Below are positions 39,159-48,072 of a DNA stretch of 64,000 nucleotides, piece by piece. This DNA is from a bacterium (GTDB lineage Bacteria > UBP6 > UBA1177). Location of the stretch: contig JAGCNV010000058.1 in NCBI GenBank assembly GCA_017645765.1, positions 57,778 through 121,777 of the forward strand, read 5' to 3'. The notes beneath the pieces were generated by a model that saw nothing but the letters and a program-made list of their open reading frames with translations, made no database searches and was not told the origin of the DNA. Within the stretch, counting starts at the first letter, position 1, and every line of letters begins with the position of its first letter. Made by a program: the position numbers and the translations under genes.

Positions 39159-40418
39159 ATGAAAAAAATTTGTTTTATTCTCATCATCTTTTCACTGTTT
39201 GTTTTTGCCGGCTGCGGTGATTCAAAAAAGGAAAACAGGAACGAAACTCCCGATTCGGAAGCAGCTGCGGCTGACGAGGATGATGCAGACGACGATACTA
39301 CCGACGAAGACATCTCTGATGATGATTCTGAAACCGATGAGGAAGAACCAGATCCCGAGAAAAAAAGAGGAACTCTCGGCGGCAGATGTTATCAGAACGG
39401 GACCTGCAATACCGGACTTGTCTGTGATACTGACAACGACATCTGCATAAAGAAAAAAGAGGAACCGGCTGATGACGAGCCTGATGACGACCTGTATGAA
39501 AGCGAACATCTTGAAACTCCGAAAAATCTCAATTTGGGCAAAATATGCACGAATCAGGACAAATGTTACAATGAAAAAGAGGAAATCCCGTGTCCTGCGC
39601 CGGGTAAAGATTTTTACGGTCAGGATGCTCAGTACAAGGACAAATGCGCCAAACAAAAATTTCAGTTCAGGGTAATTTCCGGAGAACAAGTCGTTGAGGA
39701 TGTCAACACCGGATTTAAATGGAGAAAGGTGCCGATGCACAAAACATACAGCCTGGGAGGCGCCATGAAACACTGCGACAATATCAGTTTTGCAGATGAC
39801 AGATGGGATCTGCCGACCCCGCAGCAGCTTCTCACTATCATTGACAACGGCAGGGATCATCCGGCTTTGAACACAGAGTTTTTCCCTGAAATGCCTGACA
39901 GTGACGATTCCTACTTGTGGACAGGTAATTTTTGTTATTTCAACTTCAGTTTCTATTGGACTGCCGGAATTCATGACGGTGAAATCATGCACATGAATGA
40001 CGAAACGACCCAATATTTTATGTGTATGAAAGGGAAAAGTTTCCCGGCACCTTCTTTCACAACTTCCGTTGTAAACGAAGATGAAATAGTAAAGGATAGT
40101 GTTTCAGGGCTCACATGGCAGAAAAATTATGAAAACAATTTAACATGGAAGGAAGCTCTTGCCTACTGCGAAAATCTTGAGTATGCAGGTTTTGACGACT
40201 GGAGACTACCCAATAAAAACGAACTTGCGACGCTTATCAACTATGAAGCAGAAGCTCCAGCTTCCGATTTCCCGGATATAGCAGGACGTTATTTCTGGAC
40301 ATCTTCTTCGTATGTCAGTGATCCTGCCTATGCATGGGCTCACTATTTCTATGACGGTTCGATATGGCGTGTCAAAAAAACAGATGATGACTTTCTTGTT
40401 CTCTGTGTAAGGAACTGA
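39159..40418 (+). CDS. Lipoprotein with two DUF1566 / 'Fibrobacter succinogenes major paralogous'-type domains
   Basis: MKKICFILIIFSLFVFAGCG lipobox and an acidic linker. Motifs ...DDRWDLPTPQQLLTI... and ...LTWKEALAYCENLEYAGFDDWRLPNKNELATLIN... (W..A..YC..L...G..DWRLP...EL). Confidence 0.75.
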   Translation: MKKICFILIIFSLFVFAGCGDSKKENRNETPDSEAAAADEDDADDDTTDEDISDDDSETDEEEPDPEKKRGTLGGRCYQNGTCNTGLVCDTDNDICIKKKEEPADDEPDDDLYESEHLETPKNLNLGKICTNQDKCYNEKEEIPCPAPGKDFYGQDAQYKDKCAKQKFQFRVISGEQVVEDVNTGFKWRKVPMHKTYSLGGAMKHCDNISFADDRWDLPTPQQLLTIIDNGRDHPALNTEFFPEMPDSDDSYLWTGNFCYFNFSFYWTAGIHDGEIMHMNDETTQYFMCMKGKSFPAPSFTTSVVNEDEIVKDSVSGLTWQKNYENNLTWKEALAYCENLEYAGFDDWRLPNKNELATLINYEAEAPASDFPDIAGRYFWTSSSYVSDPAYAWAHYFYDGSIWRVKKTDDDFLVLCVRN

Positions 40419-40420
40419 GA

Positions 40421-42019
40421 TTAATTTTCCGGCTTCCAGTCAAATCCCCACGGCTTTTTCGGATTTTCCGGATTCGGTGTGTAATCAATCAACGGACATT
40501 TGTCGGGATAAAAATCACAGTAACATTCAAGATCCCGGACAACCAGATCTTCGATGGTAAGAAAAACCAGTTTGTTCTGATAAATAAAACCGTCATTTTT
40601 CTTTATTTTGAGATCGAAAGGTTCGTCAAAACAAACAAGTTTTTTATCAGAAAAACGTAAAATGCAGTAGTCGTATATGTCAGAATTATAATTTTCAGGA
40701 TCTTCAGGATCGGAAGTTCCCCTTTTCACAGCCATATATTTTCCTTCCTCATCGATAGTGTGAAACAATGTCCATGAACTGCCGAGGTTGTAAAGTTCGG
40801 AATAGTTTATGTCGTTTGTATCTGAAATATCTGCCGCAAATATACGGCAGTTTCCGTCTTCGCTTTTGCAGTTGCGGTAAACTATTGTGTTTTTATCTTT
40901 GAAAACCGGCTCAGTACCTTCTGCAACCTGAAAACAGCTTGAATCTCCGATTTCAAGATCGCATAAATGAATTCTACCTTTGCGGTCTTCATAAACAAGC
41001 AGATTGTCATTAAGCCACGGATATTCGACCCTGCGTGGATTGCCGTAGAGTTCTTCCCTTTGGTACTGGAGTTCTTTCCAGTTGTCCCATTCTCCTATTT
41101 TGGTATAGAAGAGTCTTAAATCGTATGAATCGTCCTCAAAGTAAAGGCTTGCAAAAAGATAACTTTCGCTGGCACGGACATCAACAATCATTGTCGGATC
41201 ATGTTCCAGCTTAAGTGCAAAACCATAAGTATCAGTCTCTTTGTCGTAATAGTACAGGTAGAAATAATCCTGACCGAAATAAGGGCTGGTTTCATCAATA
41301 GTTGAACTGACGCGGTCATCGTAAGTTGCAATAAAATGATATTTTTTATTCTGCCATCCGTCCATATAGGCTCTGCCGTATCTTTCGACTTTGCGGCTGT
41401 TCAGATCATAAATGTATGTTCCTCCGCTCTGCCATGAGGAATAGTCGTGCAAACTATACACCACCTTGCCTTCGAACAGGTTGAACGCCAGAGAACCGCT
41501 GTAGTTGCCGTACCAGTATCCGGGTGTAAGCACAGCATCGCACTGAAAAGATCCGACACCGTCCTCTTTGTCTTTCGGAACCTTTTTGGAATCAGCAGGG
41601 ATGATGATCGGTTCAAAAGGATAGTTCTCTGCACATAAATCAAAAGGCAGAGGCTCACACTGCAAACCGCACCTTTCCGACCACAGAATTTTTACATTTT
41701 CAGGATCCTTCGATGGTGTCGGAGCATCGCCGTAATAATAGTATGCGACATTGTAATTCGCTTCGCCGTAAGTTTCAAAATAGGGATTTTCTGAATGATC
41801 TTCCGCATCTTCGTCAGTGATTCCGGCATCTTCGACAGAATCCTCTTCTTCAAAGTCTGCATCTTCGAAATCTGTATCTTCATCAACAGTTTCGGTATCA
41901 TCGGGATCAAGATCAGCATCAGGAACAATGTCGGAATCGTTTTCCGCTTTGCTGCCGGATGAACATGAAACAAACAAGGCAAACATTAAGAAGATGCTGA
42001 TTGTTAGAATTCTTTTCAT
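40421..42019 (-). CDS. Hypothetical lipoprotein with acidic linker; aromatic-rich (Tyr/Trp/Asp) body, possibly a beta-propeller
   Basis: MKRILTISIFLMFALFVSCSSG lipobox. The start ATGA overlaps the stop of the TSCPD gene. 532 aa with no known motif. Confidence 0.65.
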   Translation of the reverse strand: MKRILTISIFLMFALFVSCSSGSKAENDSDIVPDADLDPDDTETVDEDTDFEDADFEEEDSVEDAGITDEDAEDHSENPYFETYGEANYNVAYYYYGDAPTPSKDPENVKILWSERCGLQCEPLPFDLCAENYPFEPIIIPADSKKVPKDKEDGVGSFQCDAVLTPGYWYGNYSGSLAFNLFEGKVVYSLHDYSSWQSGGTYIYDLNSRKVERYGRAYMDGWQNKKYHFIATYDDRVSSTIDETSPYFGQDYFYLYYYDKETDTYGFALKLEHDPTMIVDVRASESYLFASLYFEDDSYDLRLFYTKIGEWDNWKELQYQREELYGNPRRVEYPWLNDNLLVYEDRKGRIHLCDLEIGDSSCFQVAEGTEPVFKDKNTIVYRNCKSEDGNCRIFAADISDTNDINYSELYNLGSSWTLFHTIDEEGKYMAVKRGTSDPEDPENYNSDIYDYCILRFSDKKLVCFDEPFDLKIKKNDGFIYQNKLVFLTIEDLVVRDLECYCDFYPDKCPLIDYTPNPENPKKPWGFDWKPEN

Positions 42020-42276
42020 TTTCTCACCTTTTCAGCCGCTTCGAGGACCGCTTTCGCTAGCTGGTCGGCGCATGAAGTTCCTTTGAATCCGCATTCGTTG
42101 CCGAGAAGTTTTGCCGCGATCTGGTCAGCCGTCCAGCCGTCAACAAGTTTGGAAACGGCTTTCAGGTTTCCGTTGCAGCCGCCGATGAATTTGATGTTCG
42201 TGACGACTTTGTTTTCGTCGATGTCGAAAAGGATCATTTCTGAGCATGTCCCGCTCGTTTCATACTGATACTGCAT
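42016..42276 (-). CDS. Small TSCPD-domain protein
   Basis: 86 aa with ...KFIGGCNGNLKA...GNECGFKGTSCADQLAKA..., the TSC(P/A)D signature and Cys pattern of stand-alone TSCPD (PF12637-like) proteins. Confidence 0.65.
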   Translation of the reverse strand: MQYQYETSGTCSEMILFDIDENKVVTNIKFIGGCNGNLKAVSKLVDGWTADQIAAKLLGNECGFKGTSCADQLAKAVLEAAEKVRK

Positions 42277-42286
42277 TTTTCCTCAA

Positions 42287-43678
42287 TTAAATTATATAGT
42301 TGGAAAGTTTTTCGTTTTCGCGTGCCGACTTATACCATTTGTTGACATAAGCCTTGTCTATTTTGATTTTCGTGCCGCTTTTTTCGGAAGCATTGAACGA
42401 AATATCCTCAAGCAGGATCTCCATAACAGACTGCAGGCGTCTCGCGCCGATATCCTGCGTCGTGCTGTTCTCTTCAAATGCGATTGCGGCGATTTCCTCT
42501 ATTCCCGACGGAGTGAAATTGAGAGTGACATTTTCCGATTTCATAAGCTCAGCATACTGCACGGGAAGAGAGTTTTCAGTTTCGGAAAGAATGCGGACGA
42601 AATCTTTTTTCGTAAGAGATCTGAGCTGTGCCTTGATCGGGAAACGCCCCTGAAGTTCGGGGATCAGATCTTCAGGAGAATTCATGTGGAATGCTCCGGC
42701 CGCAATGAAAAGTATGTGATCTGTACGTACAGGTCCATACTTTGTATTGACAATACACCCCTCAACTATTGGTAAAATATCACGCTGAACGCCTTCACGC
42801 GAAACATCCGGTCCGTTCGCAGAGCCGCTTGCGATGATCTTGTCGATCTCGTCGATGAAAATAATTCCGTCTTCTTCTACCCATTCAAGAGCCTCTCGGA
42901 CGATCTTCTCGTGGTCAAGCAGCTTTTCCGCCTCAGTCTGGAGAATGTATTCGAAAGCCTCTGAAACAGGCATCGTCTTCTCTTTTTTCCCTTTATGCTG
43001 AGGCGCATTAGGCGGAAAAATGTTGCTCATCATGTCCTTTATCATCGAGTCGATCTCCTCGATCCCGCCCGAGCCGCTGATAACTTCGAAAACCGGGATC
43101 GGAGCGCTCGGCTTTATCGGAACACTCACTTTTTTGTCGTCAAGCTTACCGTTTTCAAGCTTGTCCGCCATTTTTTTACGGTAGTCGCTCTGCCTTTTGT
43201 ATTTTTCTTCGTAATCGGCATCGTCTTTGGGAAGTTTTTCAGGGTTCGGAACGTTGAGCAGATCGAGAATTTTGTCGACCGCGACACTTTCAGCCTTTTT
43301 GTAGACGATCTCGGTTTCGATTCTTTTTTTCTCGTTGACTGCGTGTTTTACGAGGTCTTTGATCATCGATTCTACATCCCTGCCGACATATCCGACTTCG
43401 GTGAATTTCGTCGCCTCGACCTTGAGGAACGGTGCGTTCGAGATCTCGGCAAGCCTTCTTGCTATCTCGGTTTTGCCGACCCCGGTCGGTCCCGACATCA
43501 GGATATTTCTCGGAGTTATCTCTTTACGCAGAAAATCATCCTCTATTTTCGAGCGTCTCCAGCGGTTTCTGAGTGCGACGGCCACCGCCTTTTTCGCCTC
43601 ATCCTGCCCGATTATGAAGCGGTTGAGCTCTTCGACGACACGCTTGGGAGTCAATTCTTCGACTGAATATTTGCTCAT
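42287..43678 (-). CDS. hslU: ATP-dependent protease ATPase subunit HslU
   Basis: [21 protein letters not shown] ... [19 protein letters not shown] Walker A. 463 aa. The inserted I-domain is present. Confidence 0.95.
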   Translation of the reverse strand: MSKYSVEELTPKRVVEELNRFIIGQDEAKKAVAVALRNRWRRSKIEDDFLRKEITPRNILMSGPTGVGKTEIARRLAEISNAPFLKVEATKFTEVGYVGRDVESMIKDLVKHAVNEKKRIETEIVYKKAESVAVDKILDLLNVPNPEKLPKDDADYEEKYKRQSDYRKKMADKLENGKLDDKKVSVPIKPSAPIPVFEVISGSGGIEEIDSMIKDMMSNIFPPNAPQHKGKKEKTMPVSEAFEYILQTEAEKLLDHEKIVREALEWVEEDGIIFIDEIDKIIASGSANGPDVSREGVQRDILPIVEGCIVNTKYGPVRTDHILFIAAGAFHMNSPEDLIPELQGRFPIKAQLRSLTKKDFVRILSETENSLPVQYAELMKSENVTLNFTPSGIEEIAAIAFEENSTTQDIGARRLQSVMEILLEDISFNASEKSGTKIKIDKAYVNKWYKSARENEKLSNYII

Positions 43679-44223
43679 TTCTTTTCTCCGTTAAGCTTGA
43701 TTTCTTCAAAAGTGAAATTCGAATTTGTGTAGATGCAGATGTCCGACGCTATTTTGAGCGAACGCAGAGCGACTTCGTGAGCCGCAAGTTTCGTGTTTTC
43801 GCTGAGTGCGACCGCCGCTGCGTATGCGTAGTTTCCGCCAGAACCGATCGCGATGATATTCTTTTCAGGTTCGAGAACGTCTCCGCTTCCAGAAATCAGA
43901 AGGGTCTCTTCGCTGTCGGCAACAAGAAGAAGCGCTTCGAGTTTACCTAAAACTCTGTCCTTTCTCCACGCCTTGCTGAGCTCGACCGCCGATTTTTTCA
44001 GCTGGTAGTTATATTTTTTAAGTTTTTCCTCAAAAATCTCGAAAAGTGTCACCGCGTCGGCTGTTGAACCTGCGAAACCGGCAACAATGCGCCCTTCCGC
44101 AAGTCTTCTCACTTTGCGGGCATTCCCTTTGAGAACGGTGTTGCCGAAAGTCACCTGCCCGTCGCCTGCGATGATTACCGAAGACTTGTCCCTGACGCAG
44201 ATAATGGTTGTTCCTTCAAACAT
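43675..44223 (-). CDS. hslV: ATP-dependent protease subunit HslV
   Basis: [41 protein letters not shown] with the N-terminal Thr nucleophile. 182 aa. Overlaps hslU by 4 nt. Confidence 0.95.
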   Translation of the reverse strand: MFEGTTIICVRDKSSVIIAGDGQVTFGNTVLKGNARKVRRLAEGRIVAGFAGSTADAVTLFEIFEEKLKKYNYQLKKSAVELSKAWRKDRVLGKLEALLLVADSEETLLISGSGDVLEPEKNIIAIGSGGNYAYAAAVALSENTKLAAHEVALRSLKIASDICIYTNSNFTFEEIKLNGEKK

Positions 44224-44240
44224 ATAAACCTCCGAATTTA

Positions 44241-45137
44241 TTAATGATTTCTTTCACATTTATCATCAGGCTCAACATGGACCATAACATCGATGACATC
44301 GTGGTTTTTGAAAAGTTCGTCTTCGACTTTGTGCCCTATCGCATGCCCTTCGCGGACTGTTATGTCCGGATCGACCTGAATATGAAGATCGACCTGTATT
44401 CCGCTTCCGTATTTTCTCGTTCTGCACTTGTGAATGCTTTTTACCCCTTCGACGCTCTTTGCCGCGCACTCGATAGCCTCGCACTCGTGCTTGTCCGCGC
44501 CCGCATCGGTGAGTTCAAGAACCGAAGACCATGAAATTTTGAACGCAGTCCAGACGATAAAGAGCGAAACCACAATCGCGCCGATATTGTCGATATAAGG
44601 ATAAGCAGGGAATTTCATTGAAATTATTACCGCGAGAGCAGCCGGGACCGAGCTTATAGCGTCACTTCTGTGATGCCATGCGTTTGCAACTACAGCCAAC
44701 GATTTCAGCTTTTTTCCGAAATAGTGGGTATAGTGATAGAGAATTTCTTTTACAAGAATTGAAACTATTGCGGCGGCGAATGCGATCCATGACGGAGCTT
44801 CGTCGGGCTCTTCAAAAGTCACAACCGCGTTATGCCCGATCCCGTAAGCGACGAAGAAAAGCGCGAGTCCGATGATCACCGTGATAAAAGTCTCTATTCT
44901 TTTATGGCCGTGAGGATGGCTTTCGTCAGGCGGCGCGCTCCAGAATGATGAACCGACGATTACGGCGATATCCGTTACCGAGTCGCTCAGACTGTGGATA
45001 CCGTCGGCTATGACTGTCTGGCTGTTTCCGAAATATCCGGCAACGATCTTGAAAACCGTCAGAAAAAAGTTGGCTAAAAGTCCGACAGCAGTGACGCTTT
45101 TTATCTTTTTTTCGGTTGAACAGTCGTTATTGTTCAT
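44241..45137 (-). CDS. Cation diffusion facilitator (CDF) family metal efflux transporter
   Basis: [15 protein letters not shown] ... HGHKRIETF and 6 TM helices plus a C-terminal cytoplasmic domain, typical of CzcD/FieF-type transporters. Confidence 0.9.
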   Translation of the reverse strand: MNNNDCSTEKKIKSVTAVGLLANFFLTVFKIVAGYFGNSQTVIADGIHSLSDSVTDIAVIVGSSFWSAPPDESHPHGHKRIETFITVIIGLALFFVAYGIGHNAVVTFEEPDEAPSWIAFAAAIVSILVKEILYHYTHYFGKKLKSLAVVANAWHHRSDAISSVPAALAVIISMKFPAYPYIDNIGAIVVSLFIVWTAFKISWSSVLELTDAGADKHECEAIECAAKSVEGVKSIHKCRTRKYGSGIQVDLHIQVDPDITVREGHAIGHKVEDELFKNHDVIDVMVHVEPDDKCERNH

Positions 45138-45640
45138 ATTTTCTCGCAGTAATAGACAAAAATTTTCTGCTGCCCTTCTTTCAAAGTCCCTTTGCAGTAA
45201 ACAGCGTTTTCTTTTGAAGAAAAGTTCAATGAATACATGGTGTTGCCGTGATTAGCAAGTTCAAAGACAGCATTTGTCACCTTATTTTTTGCAACTTCGA
45301 AAGGCTCTTTGACGACCGCCTTCCCGTCTTCTACCGAACAGTTGAGAAGAATCGGAGCTTTAAGGATATTTTTGGATTTTTCCTCTTTTTCTATCTCCTT
45401 TTTTTCCTCTTCGGCAGCGTCGTTTTCCGGAAAAATTGCGAAATCGTGCTTCAAAATACCGGCAACGTTTTCTTTAACATCTTCCAATGTTTCAATATCA
45501 TTTTTTTCGGCGTAATCGCCCGCTATATTTGCAAAATAAAGGATCGCTCCGAACAGGACAAGAGCGAAAGCTCCCCACAGAAAGTGTTTGCGCCTTACAG
45601 ACAAGTAATTGTTATTATTGCCATTTTCCCGCATTTTCAC
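45134..45640 (-). CDS. Hypothetical membrane-anchored protein
   Basis: 168 aa with one N-terminal TM helix and a Glu/Lys-rich segment. Start/stop overlaps with its neighbours indicate operon membership. Confidence 0.45.
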   Translation of the reverse strand: MKMRENGNNNNYLSVRRKHFLWGAFALVLFGAILYFANIAGDYAEKNDIETLEDVKENVAGILKHDFAIFPENDAAEEEKKEIEKEEKSKNILKAPILLNCSVEDGKAVVKEPFEVAKNKVTNAVFELANHGNTMYSLNFSSKENAVYCKGTLKEGQQKIFVYYCEKI

Positions 45641-45657
45641 CTGTCGGACAAAAACGT

Positions 45658-46014
45658 TTATTTAGAATCGAGCTGCGAAATAAACTCTTTTATAATTTTT
45701 CTGTCTTCGTCACTCAGATCGATAAATTTTATCCCCATTCCCGGAATCGAAGAATCAATTTCGGTAAAAATCGAGTATTTGTCGTCACTTCTGGCGACTA
45801 CGCCTTTCACCTTGATCTCTTTTTCGGTTCCGGGAAGCGTGAATGAAAGTTTGAAAACCTGTCCCGGCTCCCAGAGCAGCGAAGATTTTACAAAAATACC
45901 GCCCTCGCTGAGATTGGCGGTGTCGAATTTGATGCTGATGTCGTCAGTATCTTCCGAAAGAGAGATTTTGAGCGAAATCGGAGCTCTGCCGAAAACTCTT
46001 TGTTTCTTTTCCAT
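45658..46014 (-). CDS. Stand-alone PilZ-domain protein (putative c-di-GMP receptor)
   Basis: QRVFGRAP (RxxxR-like) near the N-terminus and NLSEGGIFV (D/NxSxxG) are the two PilZ motifs. 118 aa. Confidence 0.7.
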   Translation of the reverse strand: MEKKQRVFGRAPISLKISLSEDTDDISIKFDTANLSEGGIFVKSSLLWEPGQVFKLSFTLPGTEKEIKVKGVVARSDDKYSIFTEIDSSIPGMGIKFIDLSDEDRKIIKEFISQLDSK

Positions 46015-46022
46015 AAAAACCT

Positions 46023-46370
46023 CTAATGAACGGGCTTGTTGTGAGAATCGACAAAAACGATTTTCGGTTCGGGAATCTTCTCACCTTCCGAAACATACCT
46101 GTGCGAAGCGATGATCACAAGATCGTTCTTCTTTACAAGATGAGCCGCCGCGCCGTTGATGCAGATGCAGCCTGAGCCCGCCTCGCCTTCGATGACATAA
46201 GTCTCAAGCCTTGCACCGTTCGTAACATCCCAGATGTCAACAAATTCAAACGGCTGCAAATCTGCAACCGCCATCAATTTTCTGTCTATCGTGATACTTC
46301 CCTGATAGTTTATATCGGCTCCGGTAACGACCGCGCGATGAATTTTCGATTTCAAAAACTTGCCGAACAT
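46023..46370 (-). CDS. panD: Aspartate 1-decarboxylase
   Basis: [29 protein letters not shown] with the Gly-Ser self-cleavage site. 116 aa from the internal Met. GAGGA RBS. Confidence 0.9.
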   Translation of the reverse strand: MFGKFLKSKIHRAVVTGADINYQGSITIDRKLMAVADLQPFEFVDIWDVTNGARLETYVIEGEAGSGCICINGAAAHLVKKNDLVIIASHRYVSEGEKIPEPKIVFVDSHNKPVH

Positions 46371-46504
46371 TGCATCCTCAAACATACACAGCAAAAAACG
46401 GCTGTATATATAGTAATTCAATTAAAGTTGTCAATCCGATTTTCTGTTTTTTATTTTAATTTTAAATATAATATTCTGTTTTTTGTGAATCGAAGAGGTT
46501 CAAA

Positions 46505-48064
46505 ATGACAAAAATCGTGCCGTTTTCCACCGTTTTCAGCACTAAATTTTCATTTTTTCTTCTCTTTTTCGCGGCAGTTTTTCTTTTTTCAAGCTGCGGC
46601 AGCAGCACAAAAATAGAACCTGTTTCAAATACCGATGAAGATTCGACCGATGCTGACTTCGACATGGATGAAGAAGAAGACTGGGAAGAAGATGAAGAAA
46701 TGGAAGACGAGGAAGATTTGGACAGTGATGACACCGACGACAGCGAAACTTCAACAGAAGAAAAACCCGCTCGGCAACCTACACGCGAAGAGTGTATTAA
46801 CGCCGGAGGAACATGGGATGAAGAAGAGAGCAGACATTGTTACAGAGACAAAGACTGCGACGAAAAACCGGAAAACGCCAAATGGAGCGGCTGGTATAAT
46901 GATACATACCGGCAGTATTACGAAAACGGTGAATGGAGCGAACCTCCTGTAACAGAATACAACGACGACAAACAATTCGATGAATGTGATTTCGTTTGCC
47001 GGAAAAATTATTCATGGGACGGAACGGAATGCAAAGATCTGTGCGATCCCGATCCCTGCGCTGCAGTTGAGCATTCAGACGATATCTGCATCACAACTCC
47101 CGGCCTTTACTCCTGCGGTTGCGCCGACGGATACAGATGGAATGACGGAGAGTGCGTAGAAATCACTTCAAAACTGAGTTTGGGCAACATCTGCACCTGC
47201 CAGTCGGAATGCTATAAAGATATTTTAGAAACTAACGCAGAGTGCACTGCCGAAGGAAAGGAACTTTTCGGGCAGGATGCCGTCTATGCCGCAGCGGGAC
47301 GCTGCATCCGACAGAAATATTCGATCAAAGAAACCGGCATCGAAAATGAAGATATCATACTTGACAACAATTTGAAACTTGAATGGCAGCGTACCCTTTC
47401 AGGAGAAAAATACGATTGGGAAACTGCCGTAAATTATTGTAAAAACCTTGAATACGGAGGATATACCGACTGGAGGGCTCCGACTCCTAAAGAACTTTTA
47501 AGCATTCTTGGAGGACGCTGCGACAGGGAAACCCCGGACTTCTATTTCAAAGACAGCGGACTTTTCTTAACCTCAAAACTTTACGCAGGCAATTCAAACC
47601 AAGTCTGGTTAGGTGAAAACAGCTTCGGCAACATGTCATATTTTTCGCGTAACCTCGCTATCATCAGCGTCCGCTGCGTCAGAGGTGAAACGATTCCGGA
47701 AGACACTTTTACGGTCTCGGTTGTAAACGGTGACGAGATCGTAACAGATTCAGCCACAGGTCTCGTCTGGCAAAAAGAGGATGTTTCCGGTAAAAGATGG
47801 AGAGAAGCTCTCGAATACTGTGAAAACCTGACTTATGCAGGATACTCCGACTGGAGGCTTCCCAACATAAACGAACTTGCTTCCCTTGCAAATTATGACA
47901 AATACAGCCCTGCTTCCGATTTTCCAGGCATATCCCAAGAAAATTACTGGTCATCCACAACTGATATTCCCATGATTGTTTCGGCATTGAATATATTTTT
48001 CCATACTGCCGAATTGAATTATGCATCCAAAGATACTTTCTATTATGTCAAATGCGTCAGATAG
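46505..48064 (+). CDS. Lipoprotein with acidic linker, Cys-rich region and two DUF1566 / Fib_succ_major-type domains
   Basis: Signal peptide plus ...FLFSSCGSS lipobox, then a D/E-rich linker. Motifs ...WETAVNYCKNLEYGGYTDWRAPTPKELLSI... and ...RWREALEYCENLTYAGYSDWRLPNINELASLAN.... Confidence 0.75.
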   Translation: MTKIVPFSTVFSTKFSFFLLFFAAVFLFSSCGSSTKIEPVSNTDEDSTDADFDMDEEEDWEEDEEMEDEEDLDSDDTDDSETSTEEKPARQPTREECINAGGTWDEEESRHCYRDKDCDEKPENAKWSGWYNDTYRQYYENGEWSEPPVTEYNDDKQFDECDFVCRKNYSWDGTECKDLCDPDPCAAVEHSDDICITTPGLYSCGCADGYRWNDGECVEITSKLSLGNICTCQSECYKDILETNAECTAEGKELFGQDAVYAAAGRCIRQKYSIKETGIENEDIILDNNLKLEWQRTLSGEKYDWETAVNYCKNLEYGGYTDWRAPTPKELLSILGGRCDRETPDFYFKDSGLFLTSKLYAGNSNQVWLGENSFGNMSYFSRNLAIISVRCVRGETIPEDTFTVSVVNGDEIVTDSATGLVWQKEDVSGKRWREALEYCENLTYAGYSDWRLPNINELASLANYDKYSPASDFPGISQENYWSSTTDIPMIVSALNIFFHTAELNYASKDTFYYVKCVR

Positions 48065-48072
48065 GAGGAAAG

